From Convolutriloba macropyga (lineage: Eukaryota), in contig NC_134473.1 of assembly GCF_964194025.1 (NCBI RefSeq), forward strand, positions 71,734,001 through 71,798,000: 64,000 nt of DNA, in the 5' to 3' direction. The notes under the pieces were generated by a model that made no database searches, was not told where the DNA came from, and saw only the letters and a list, made by a program, of their open reading frames with translations. Within the stretch, counting starts at the first letter, position 1. Each line of letters begins with the position of its first letter. Made by a program: the position numbers and the translations under genes. This document shows positions 39,721 through 51,430 of this stretch, in pieces.

Positions 39721-40710
39721 TCATGTAAGGCATTTTCAAAACCTTTTTACAATTTTTACTTACTTACCATCTTTTTATTTTCTGTCATTAATTCGGACTG
39801 AATGGTGTTCAGTATTTTTGCTACTTCTTGCTAATATTTTCAAGTTTGCGTTGAAAATTTTCTTGATAGCATTAGTATTATTTACTCCAAAAAACAGTAC
39901 ATACAATTTAAACAAACCACAGGCGATATCAACTGATATTGTTAATTCTTTGGGTTTCTGTTATTTTCTATTATCTGCTGACTTATATAGTTAGTTTATT
40001 TTGAAAAAACGTGGCTCTTTTTAAGTATATTGCAAGTAGTATTCTGCTAAGCATAGATTGTTAAACGACATGAGTTTCAATATTTTTCAATTTCTATTCT
40101 CTTGTTTTTAATTGTTTAGTATCTGGTTCAGATTTTTTATTTCGTGTAATCGAAAAGTAATTCAAAAGACAAAATGGGTCTTCTATTGCATAAAACCCGA
40201 AAAACTCAAAAAAAGTCCAGAGTTCTGAAAGTTTAAAGTGAATTTCCTAGGGTTCATTTGTTTTTTCTCTTTTGCACTTCAACAACTTTGACCTACTACT
40301 TCATGAGCTTGAAAGTGTCGGGTGTATAGAGCAATGTGAAAAGTAATTTTTTGTGTTCTGCGTTGTGGAGTAAAAACTTGCTAAACAATTTTGTAAGAAC
40401 TAATTTATTTCTGATAATGTCATTTTACTACCACGTCCCCCGATTTGTCTATGGCACTACGTTGCCCCCCGATTTTCGAAAACTAAGTTTTAACACCTTT
40501 ATGGCTCAGACTTTTCATTTTTATGACAGGCTACTTTTTCCAAAAAAAAATTGTTCTATCTTGATTCTAGAACAAAATACCAGGCTGAGAGTTTTCTTCA
40601 CGCTTGGTACAATTAAACATACCCGGCAGATTGCCGGAAAAAAGCCGCCATTGATTCCCAAAACCAAGATTGGGATTGAAAGAAGAGAAAACTAGTGAAA
40701 AAATGATTTT

Positions 40711-42611
40711 TGTACAAACATTTTTCAAGTGCGAACTATTTTGATGTCATTTTGGAGCTGAACGTACTCCTGTTTCCAAGTGAGACCACACAGGGGCTAG
40801 TATCAATAACAATAAGCATTAGAGGTTGTAACTAAGATCAAAGTTTGAGTAACGGGCATCTAAAATTGGTCTTTACCACGCAAAATGTTGAACAAGCTGT
40901 GAACTAAGGTAAAGCGAAAAATTTTTATTCGACAAAGTAAAAAAAAGTTAGGAGCGCTCTAATAGCGGGCTGAGAAGCTGAGGCGGCTATTAAAAATTTT
41001 AAAAAATTTTTTTTTGTAATTGGTTCTCAAAGACAATTCCAAGGCAACACAAGGTCTAATTTGATAACAACAATTCTTGAAACTATAGTTCATGACTTGT
41101 CCCTCTATCCTTTCTACAAATCAAAGAAATTAAATTGTACTGGTACACTGGCTAGTGGCTAGATCTGTTGACGCTTTTTTTGACTTCTTGTTGTCAACAT
41201 TTAGATTAGTGATTTAGTGACGCTGGAGTAGTAAAAGGAGCGCAAAGCGAGTACTGTCGAGGTGTGCAGTTTTATCTAACTGCGACAAAAATGGAGTGAG
41301 AAAAACGAGTTTGAAAAGGTGCTTGGCTTTAAAAGAAAGTTTTTTCACCTGAAGCATTTCGACTGGTTTTCACCTTTTGGAAATACTTATCTGCCCGAAT
41401 TATGTTTCATAATGTTGCATTCTCTTAGTTTTTGTTCCCATTCAGCGAAAGACAGCGAATAAATTGTCCAACTAATTGAATCTAAACATTTCAAAAAAAA
41501 CAGAAAGATTACACGAGAAAGGCCAAAAACGACATCTAGAATAATTTCTTTATAAAATTCATCCCAATTTCCACCATCAAAACCACTATTGCCAAAACAA
41601 CTCCCAACACAAAAATAACCTTCATTCAATAACTGGCCAACTTTTGATTTACTCTGTATGTTTTACTCTGTATGTACAAACAATTTTCAAGTGCGAACTA
41701 TTTTGATGTCATTTTGGAGCTGAACGTACTCCTGTTTCCAAGTGAGACCACACAGGGGCTAGTATCAATAACAATAAGCATTAGAGATTGTAACTAAGAT
41801 CAAAGTTTGAGAAACGGGCATCTAAAATTGGGCTTTACCACGCAAAATGTTGAACAAGCTGTGAACTAAGGTAAAGCGAATTTTTATTCGACAAAGTAAA
41901 AAAAAAGTAGGAGCGCTCTAATAGCGGGCTGAGAAGCTGAGGCGGCTATTAAAAATTTAAAACAAATTTTTTTTGTAATTGGTTCTCAAAGTCAATTCCA
42001 AGGCAACACAAGGTCTAATTTGATAACAACATTTCTTGAAACTATAGTTCATGACTTGTCCCTCTATCCTTTCTACAAATCAAAGAAATTAAATTGTACT
42101 GGTACACTGGCTAGTGGCTAGATCTGTTCACGCTTTTTTTGACTTCTTGTTGTCAACATTTAGATTAGTGATTTAGTGACGCTGGAGTAGTAAAAGGAGC
42201 GCAAAGCAAGTACTGTCGAGGTGTGCAGTTTTATCTAACTGCGACAAAAATGGAGTGAGAAAAACGTGTTTGAAAAGGTGTTTGGCTTTAAAAGAAAGTT
42301 TTTTCACCTGAAGCATTTCGACTGGTTTTCACCTTTTGGAAATACTTATCTGCCCGAATTATGTTTCATAATGTTGCATTCTCTTAGTTTTTGTTCCCAT
42401 TCAGCGAAAGACAGCGAATAAATTGTCCAACTAATTGAATCTAAACATTTTAAAAAAAAAACAGAAAGATTACACGAGAAAGGCCAAAAACGACATCTAG
42501 AATAATTTCTTTATAAATTTAATCCCAATTTCCACCATCAAAACCACTATTGCCAAAACAACTCCCAACACAAAAATAACCTTCATTCAATAACTGGCCA
42601 ACTTTTGATTT
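40711..42611. repeat. Recent about 940-bp tandem duplication (40711-41650; 41673-42611) starting inside HINE-A1 (40615-40991)
   Basis: Copies nearly identical, separated by a 22-nt junction filler. Confidence 0.93.
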
Positions 42612-44298
42612 AAAAAAAGAGAAATGTTACATACAGAGAAAAGAGAGGAAATGGGAACCAAAAATGAAATGGGAGCACTAGAACGGACTATGAATGAATT
42701 GGAAAAACCATTTAGAAAAAAAAAGATCAAAGAAACCGAAAAAATAGGTTTCGAAAAGTAGGAATCAAAGAGAAAACAAATTCTCTTTCAAACACAGTTT
42801 TCTCAATCTACGTTAAAATTAGTGAAACATTTTAGGCCGCAAAACCACTCGTTTTTTGCTCCACTCCCTTTTTCGGCGTGACCAAAATCATCACTTCCAT
42901 TTGACATCAAAAATCATGAAAATGTGTGAACAGATCTTTTAAAAAAGACATCTCCCCAATACAACTCAAATTCTTTTTAAAAAAGACGGCATACCAATAC
43001 CATTCAAATATTTTGGATTGTATTAAAAAATAGAAGCGCTAAAATACTCGGCTGAGAAGATGAGGGAGGCTACAAAACGTTGGAAACATTGGAAACAAAA
43101 CGTGAAACACAAATGAAAGTAAAGAAAGTTCACAAATTTCCAGCCGAATGCTAGCAGGATGTCGATAAATAACTCTGAAGTCTCGTACAATTGAAGAAGT
43201 TGTTCGAGGACGGTCCGGTGGCCGGATATAGCCGTTCAAACATAACTGACAAAGGTCAGATATATTGCTCTGAAAAGAGGGGGCGGATGTCATAGTTGCA
43301 TAAGTTGGCTTAATGAGGATAGCCTATCTTGGTGCGCATGTGAGAAAGGGGAGGGGTAAGTGCGCATCATGCATGACTTCAAAAATGGCAGCACGAAACT
43401 GAAATGTTTGCCTTCCCAATTTTGGAGAGCTCCGAATCTTAAGACCTGTAAAGCTCTAACACAATTGCACACCGACTTAAGTTTTGGGATAACACGTTTT
43501 TAGCTTAAAAGAAAATCTTATTGATCAACAGTTTCTGTGAATCACATACTTATAGACTAGTAAGTGAATTGCTGTCAAACGGGCTATCAAACTGGCTATC
43601 GTTTGGCAAGTGACTTCGTCATTAGCTAGCTGCGGCGTACGAAGGCTGGCTTTAGCCTAATTGAGGGGGGCTGAGTGGGTAGTGATTCCTTCAAAGAATG
43701 TTCTAGATCATAACGGTCCAGAAAAAATTATGCATAAATTTTACGTTTACAGCTATTGCGTCAAAATTCGTTCGAGAGCAAATAAAAACCTAACACGTGT
43801 ACAAATAAGATGAATCCATAAAAATTTAATTCAGAATGCAAAATTTAGGAATCGTTTGGACACTATTCGCCCATTTCACAGCAAACTTCTTTTACTAACA
43901 GCATGGTAGACTTAAAGTCTTCTTTCATAATTTAAGTTTGTTTAAAACTAACACAGCTCTGAGACATAGCAAACTGATAAATAAACATGCAAACGTAGAC
44001 TAACTAATTTCTGCTAAATTTAGCTTCATGTTAAGCGTTTATTTATGTAATGCTTAAGTTCCGTTTTTGATTCTAAGTTTCATATTATCCCATTACTACA
44101 GTGAAATAATGTTAGAAGAAAAGTGATATCTGAAAATAATGGGTCACACGTGAAATTTGAGCATGCGATTGTCCTAAAACGGCTATGACGAAGGGGCGTG
44201 AAACAATAGATGCAGCATAAAACATCAGTCCTTTTATATCCCAACAAAATTCAGAATAAGCGCGCATGAAGGATTGGATTATTCGCAATCTGAGTTGA

Positions 44299-44301
<3 letters not shown>

Positions 44302-44350
<49 letters not shown>

Positions 44351-44358
44351 GGGGGGGG
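44302..44358. repeat. (AG)n microsatellite followed by poly-G
   Basis: Direct read. Confidence 0.97.
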
Positions 44359-45360
44359 TAAGCCGACAGCGTTTATGTATAGCAGTACTAGTAATCAATA
44401 TCACCATTGAGTGTTCTGAAAAATTTTAAAGCCAGTCAAAACAAAGCGCTGCAACACTTATATGCTGATTGTAGTAAGTGAATAAAGGTAGGATTTGAAA
44501 CTACTATCTCGACGAGCTCAAAAAATGGAGCATTAATTCAATGCTACGAGTATCTGCGTGAATTTGCCGCAAGTGAACAAGGGAAAAAGAACAGAAAACA
44601 AAATAGATTTCAACGAAAAAAACTTTTGTTCAGAATTTGCCGCATATATGACTTGGCGCGGTTACATATAGCCAGATAGTCACATGAAGTGTCAGCGGCC
44701 TGCATAGGCGAATCATTTAAGAGAAGAAATTTACTTTAACAGAGTTTACTTTCCTAATAAACTTTGGTAGCATTAAGAAAAGGAGATCACTTAGGGTTTT
44801 GCTCATTTTGTTCGACCCGGATCAGGCCCAAATATCAATTCAATCATGAAAAAAGGCCAGCCCATTGCCGGAAAACATCTGCCATTGGGATTGAAAGAGA
44901 AAAACATAACCGAATAACTTCGGAAGAAGTGCTCTTGAACGACTGATGGGAACTGAAATCTATTGCAGCCTGCTTCAGCCGTAAGGCAGGGGTTCATTAG
45001 AGGTTATTATATACCACAACAACAGCTAATAAAAATTACACTACCTTCTGCGCACTTTTCATTTGCCTTTTAGTAAACTGAGTTCAGCTGCTGACTCTTT
45101 GAATGAGAGAAAATTAGATGACGCAAAACGAAACGATCAAGGGCACAAAATTCACTCGAAAAGTAACTCGAAAACGATTAAGCAAAAATTCTGCAGCCGG
45201 TAAAATACCAGAAACGACTCGAAGAGTAGTGCAATATAATCTCTCAATCACAAATATCAAAAAGAAACCAGTGTTCGACCTGTACAGGAAACATCAAAGA
45301 GAAAGAAATTAAATGCATGATTATAGTGTTTTTAAAAAAGTAGACGCAATTTCTTAGTTT

Positions 45361-45947
45361 GAGGGTGCGGGTTGATGGTGGGGAGTAGGTAGGAGGGGTT
45401 AGCTTGATGAGGAGGGGGTAGGTATGTATGGAGGGTAGTTAGATGGGGGAGGATAGGTAGTTGCCGCTGTGGTTGGAGGGGGCTAGCTAGGTGAGGGGGG
45501 TAGGTATGTACGGGGAGGGAAGATAGACGGGGAGAGTAGGTAGGTGGGGGCGGAGGTAGGTACCAACAGTACCTAATCACATGTATTAGTAACTATTAGA
45601 AATATAAATATTTCCGAAATATTGAAATGAAATACAAACAACGCAATATATAGTTAGAACCAACCAATTAGTTAGGAATTTGGGTCGGTGGTGGGAAGCG
45701 TAGGAAGGTGGGTGGGGGTTGGGGTAGGTATTTTGGATGGCGGTGGTTAGGTAGGTGGGGGTCGTATGCAGAGGGCAAACGCTCCCATGGAGCTTGGTAG
45801 GTAGGGGTCAAGTGTTGGGGGGGGGCAGTTAGGTGTAGGTGGTTGGCGGTGGGTCGGTAGTTGAGGGGGGGGGGGGGGGGTACGCAGAGGGTTACGTGAT
45901 GGGGGTGGGTATAGTTGAGCGGGGGATTAGATAGGTAAGAGGGAGTC
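45361..45947 (+). repeat. Two G-rich low-complexity (GGTAGG-like) tracts
   Basis: Dense GG/GGG runs at 45361-45562 and 45680-45947; a similar tract lies at 33258-33335. Confidence 0.85.
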
Positions 45948-47016
45948 AACGTTCAAAAATGGAGGAAAATGTACGAATAGAATGTAAGAATAAAAAGTAA
46001 GAAGTCAAAATTCAAGACATGGACAAAGTTTAAATTAGCAGTGTATCTTAGATTTTGTTGTGGAAAAATTTGGACATGATAGAGCTTCGAAACCGCGATA
46101 TCCCGCATAACAAACTTCATTTCAGAACGGGACCAATTGAATTGATCTCAAACGACTATTGGGAGCTATAATCAATTGCAGCCTGCTTGTCCGGGGTCGA
46201 TACTCAAATTGCTAAAGGGGCTTCAAATGACGTCATCAGAGGTTATTCTAACCACTAATAAAAATTAAAGTGAAAAAAAGACACCAATTTTGGCGCAATT
46301 TTTAATTGACGTTGAGTAGTAAACTCCCACAACTTGAGTTCAGCTGCTTAAAATTGCGAATGAGAGAGAAAATTATATCACGCAAAACGAAAAAGTCAAG
46401 GGCGCAAAAGTCACTCGACAAGTTAAATCTGTCAAGCAATAACTTCGCAAAAAAAAAGAATAACACGTTTACAATAATAGTTTTAAGCATCGTTCGAGAG
46501 CAATTAGTTACTCGAAATGAGGTGAAGTGTGAAAAAATCACAAAATAATCAAACAAAAGAGCAAAAATGGTCAAATGACATTTTTGCATAAAAAAGACCA
46601 AAAAGTTTGCAATAATTGCTTGAAACTTTGATCAAGAAAAATCAAAAGGGAAGAAAAAGATATCAATTTATACAACTCTCTACTAAGAAAACTAAAAAAA
46701 ATTAATACATAAAAAAGTAGAAAACTTATCAGAAAAAAACAATCGCAAAATTGCAAAAAACTCAATTTTTGATTCGTATTATACAAGTACACATCACAAA
46801 ATACCGAATATTACAAAAAATATTGTAATGAAGAATGCTGAACTGCCATGAAATTTGGCGAGCTCATATTTCTAAACTTCCTTAACTTTGACGACACAGA
46901 AGTCGGCAAAGCAATTTACCGATGTTTCATTTTACCTCGACTTTTTGGTATCTTTCCAAAGATTTTCTGAACAAGAGTCTGCTTTATAGCAACCAAACTT
47001 CAATCGCTCTGTATCT

Positions 47017-47559
47017 AAAACATATCCGGCAGATTGCCGGAAAATAGCCGCCGTTGATTCCAATAAGCATGAGTGGGATTGAAAGAATAGAAGATATTGA
47101 AAAAAAAAGATTTTTGTACAAAAACATTTTTTAAGTCCGATTTATTTTGATGGCTTTTCGTAGTTAAACATAACGTATTTCTGTTTCTTAGAGAGAGGCT
47201 ACAGGGGCTACTATCAATACCAATAAGCATTAGAGATGGTAACTAAGACATATAGGAACGACGTTCAAATAGCGGGCATCTAAAATTGGGCTTTATGGGT
47301 TTATCCCGTTTCTACTTCGGACTTCAATTTTTTATACTGACTCTGTTCATTTTGAATTGCTTTGCTGAGCAACTGATGTTCAAAATCACTTTTAGCAGAA
47401 TGAGAGAAGAGAGAAACTAGCCAAGAGAAGTCAAAAAGATATCACGCAAAATGTTGAAAAAGCGGCAAAATGAGGTAAAGCGAAAAATTTTTTTATTCGA
47501 CGAAGTAAAAAAAAATACGAGAGCTATAATAGCCGGCTGAGAAGATGAGGGCGGCTATT
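47017..47559 (-). mobile_element. Uninterrupted HINE-A1 reference copy (empty B site)
   Basis: Hairpin CCGGCAgatTGCCGG; subTIR AATAGCCGCC 47043-47052 / GGCGGCTATT 47550-47559; partial IR AATAGCCG at 47528; A-run flanks. Confidence 0.85.
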
Positions 47560-48727
47560 AAATAGCTTAACAGCAAAATAAATCTATTCAATACCGACAA
47601 ATGAGATTTAGACAGCTCTAATATTAAACATAGCCGGCAGATTGTCGGAAAATAGCCGCCGTTGAAGCGCTAAACGCACATCGGGATTAAAACAGAAAAA
47701 GAAAAATTGGAGATAGAACATGACAGAATTTTCTCCTAAGTGTCGAAAATCGTTTTAATTCAGTGTGCAGTTTCAGGTAGATTCAAAACCTATACTTAAT
47801 TCAGCTTTTATACTGATTAAGCTTAATGCTAACAGCAGCTAACAATAGCTCTAAAGAACTCTGATAACCTAATGCACTATGACTTAATGACCGGGATTTA
47901 TCGGTTTATACCGTTTCATCTGATTTTGCTCCTCCGACATTGACCGTATTCACTACATTACGTTATTCAATGCGTGAAAGAATTTGAAATCCATTCAAAT
48001 GAAACTGAGTGAGGTAAGTCAGAAGTCAAGCGTGGAAATTGTGACTGATGAAAAAAAACGAAGACGTGATCAAAAGGTAAAGCAAATTAAAAAAAAAGAA
48101 AGAGCATAAAAAATAGTTGAGAGGCTGACGGCAGCTCTTCAAAATGGCACATTGAAACTTTTAAATCAAAGAACATTAGCTAAAACCAAGAAAAAGCCGA
48201 ACGTGAACAAAAGAAAATCCATCGCTTGCAGAATTTTTTAAATTTCTCTCGCGAAAACAGCAGTATAAACAAAAACCACTGTTTTTCGCTTCACTCTCCA
48301 AATTTGCTCAGCAGTAAAACGACTACAATTTTCTTCACGTTTTTCATTTCCTGCTTTCAATCAAATTCACAAATTCTCATTCAATTTGAATTTAAAAAAT
48401 TGATTTAAAAAGCTTGAAAATTTCCAGAAACGACCCGAGTTCAAATCTATGCTTTCAGATTACTAATATCTACTGGTAGAACTTATGAAAGCAGAGAAAA
48501 TAACACTTAAATAACTAAGGAAAAATTAAATATAAAATAAAAACTTAAAAATTAGGAATAAAATTGTTGACGCTATTTTAGGCCAGCCGTAACCTCATCA
48601 ACATCTCTATGACTTATCATAAACATCCTTTGTAGAAGAGAGAAATTAAGAAAAAGAGAAAAAATTCAAATTTCTAATTTTTGTCAAATTGTACAGAGAA
48701 ATGCTTTGCGCAAAAAAATTAATTCGA

Positions 48728-48897
48728 TTTGTAATAGAAGATGCCTAGGAGCGTTAAACTTCAATTCAGTTAACAATAAATACAAAAACGAGCAGTGCAA
48801 TGTGCAAAAAATTTGTAATAGAAGATGCCTAGGAGCGTTAAACTTCAATTCAGTTAACAATAAATACAAAAACGAGCAATGCAATGTGCAAAAAATT
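48728..48897. repeat. 84-bp tandem duplication
   Basis: Near-perfect two copies; visible as 28-aa repeats in the spurious ORFs. Confidence 0.92.
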
Positions 48898-49547
48898 GGT
48901 AAAATAGACTAAAAATCAGCAAAATAGCAACTAAATTATGATTACCAAAATGCTTCAAAACGCTTTTATAACAACCTGAATAATAGAACTTTAAAATATT
49001 ATAATCTTCGAGACAGCATAAAAATGCAAAACAACCGACTAACGGCGGGCGAATTGCTCTCCGGCGAATAGTTAGCTTCGTTAGTAGCCAGCTGGGGCTA
49101 ATGGATGCTAGCATTATGGTGGGTTGACTGGGGGGGGGGGGGGGGGGGTCAAACGTTTAGCATTAAGAACCGCCCTTCACGTCATGAAATTGTCTCCTCA
49201 AAGCAGTTTTGTTGAATCACATTCTTAGAATATAGTAAGGCTTAGGGCTTCTACTACTTCATGCCCTCCGAGCGCTACCTGTTTATCTCGTTTTTGAGGA
49301 CGAAAAGTCAAATGGGTCAGAATCAAAATCTCATAAAAAAGGCCACAGGACTAATATTATGCTACAACTTCGTTTGAGAGCAATTAAATAGAAAACAGCT
49401 TGAATAAACCGCACGTGTAAATAAAAAAATTTGCGCGCTTGATGTACCTTTCAACATTTCGCAACTTGACAACGGAATCGAAAAACTACTATCTTTTTGT
49501 ATCACATAAGCTTTCAATCACAATGAGCACCAACGTGTAATACCAAC

Positions 49548-49751
49548 CTGGTTTGACTTTGCTGGGTGTTTCCAAATCGAGTGACATCAGAATGGGCGCT
49601 TCTGCTGTTCCATTGGGCAGAACATTACCATTACATTTGGACTCTTCTTTGCCTTCCTTTTTCTCCCCTTCATCTCTTTTCACTCCCACTGCCGATCCGG
49701 AGCGACCACTGCCCGCACTGGATCCAGATGACATTAGCCGCTTTGTGGCCC
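49548..49751 (-). CDS. Internal exon (ATKRLMSSGSSAG...TPSKVKP)
   Basis: CTAAC branch point then gctcttttag| acceptor, G|GTTGGT donor, 204 nt, phase 1 to 1. Confidence 0.85.
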
Positions 49752-51430
49752 CTAAAAGAGCGCAAGTTAGTTCCACACCTTTACAATTGTATATAAAAAT
49801 TTTGAGCAGACAGTGGGGTTCGTAAGGAGGGGGAGGTGGGTGGACGAGAGGCGGCGGGGGAGGGAGTGGAGTGGGGGTGCAAACGGAGTCAGGGTTGTTT
49901 AAACCTCCAAACTAACATCGGGTGAATTGCTCTGAAACTCGAGGTGGCAAGTGGAACTAACTGATGTGGTAAGCCGAAATGCTCTAAGAGCCCTTAATGA
50001 CCTCTCAGCGTTACGTTAAAAACACTTGACAAAAATACCATCAGCCAAGAATCGCATTAGAAAGACCACGTGACTAATATAATTGCTACAAACTTCGTTT
50101 GAGAGAAACTTAGCGTACATGGCGAAAAAACCGTTCAATTTGCATATATTTTGGCGGAAAAACTGTATAAAACCCTTCACTAGCCTATGTTTGCAGCACT
50201 GCCTCTGCAAAGAAGTGCTGCTGTACAGCTCCGGTAAGTAATTGACTAGGCTCTGCATAAAAATTATGAAAACCTACAACTCTAATTGCTACCACATTTT
50301 AATTCTGAGTTATCTTTCAGTTGTAAGAGGTCGCATATGCTAATTTCTTAAGGTCTTATCCATATAAACGTCAAATTATGAAAAACCAAAAATGAAAAAT
50401 CAGCTGATAAATTTTGAGCATGAAAAGACGACAGTTAGCTTCCAAGCTTCTGCTGAACTGAAAAGGTCTAGCTTGCTATTAATAGGCAGCATTATGAAGC
50501 CTCACCCCATTAAGACCAATATACACCCCTCCCCCATAATAACACACAAATATTGGTTGTTCAATTATGCATAGAAACTACAGATGGAACAACTTCCGTG
50601 TTCAAATGGAGAAAATATCAAATATAGCTTTTATACGCTGTTCCTTTGATACAAGAAACAATCAAACCACTTAGAAGGGATAAGAAAATGGTTATACTTC
50701 AAGACCTCCGGAGACCTACAATATGTCCATTAATAATTGATAACACAGTCAAAAGACTTGACAATGGGAGCAAGAAAAACTTACACTTCATTTCTTTGTG
50801 AAATCACGGCGGATAAAAAAACAATTAGTAGATGACATTCTCAAATGAGCTGAATTCGGATAGTCCACCCATTGTTCGACAATACGGATAGCTCACTCAC
50901 GTTTTGAATAAAAAACAAATTGCGTTGAAGTGCTTCATAACGGAAGAATTTCGACTTCCAAATAAATTTTTTTATCGAGGTATGAGGAAAAACGTCGTTG
51001 AGAAGACGAGAAAAAGGCTCTTACCTTGATTTTGGATCTGGTTTCAGAATAGGCCAGGCAAAAGAACATGAGAACACTTTATAGTCTCAAAAAAACTGCC
51101 TTTGTTCATCGTTAATTTTAGCAACAATAATGACACTAAGGCATTGATTCGTAGCTTAATTTTTCGTCTCGCCTTAAGAAAGTTCAACTTGAATGTCCCT
51201 TTTGCAAAATCAGGGCGTCTTCAAGCACCATCTGAATTGCTTTGAAAAATTTTCAGGCTATTATTCAAACTATGTTCTGTGAAGCCTGATAGCCGATAAA
51301 AGTGATCTAAAAAATAATTTAAACACTTTTTTTGAGGCATTTTCTTGCGAACTATAAAACGGTTTCCAAGAAGCTTGGCTTCAAAGCAATGAGCGGTTGC
51401 TTCTCTCATTAACGTAGTAAAAAAAAAATA

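Noticed and set aside
43039-43293. Extra exon after the good-looking acceptor cctcttttcag at about 43270
   Set aside because: Only phase 0 is open while the flanking exons need phase 1; 49548 splices cleanly to 39058.
45332-45949. Proline-rich (extensin-like) ORFs
   Set aside because: Translation artefact of C-rich low-complexity DNA.
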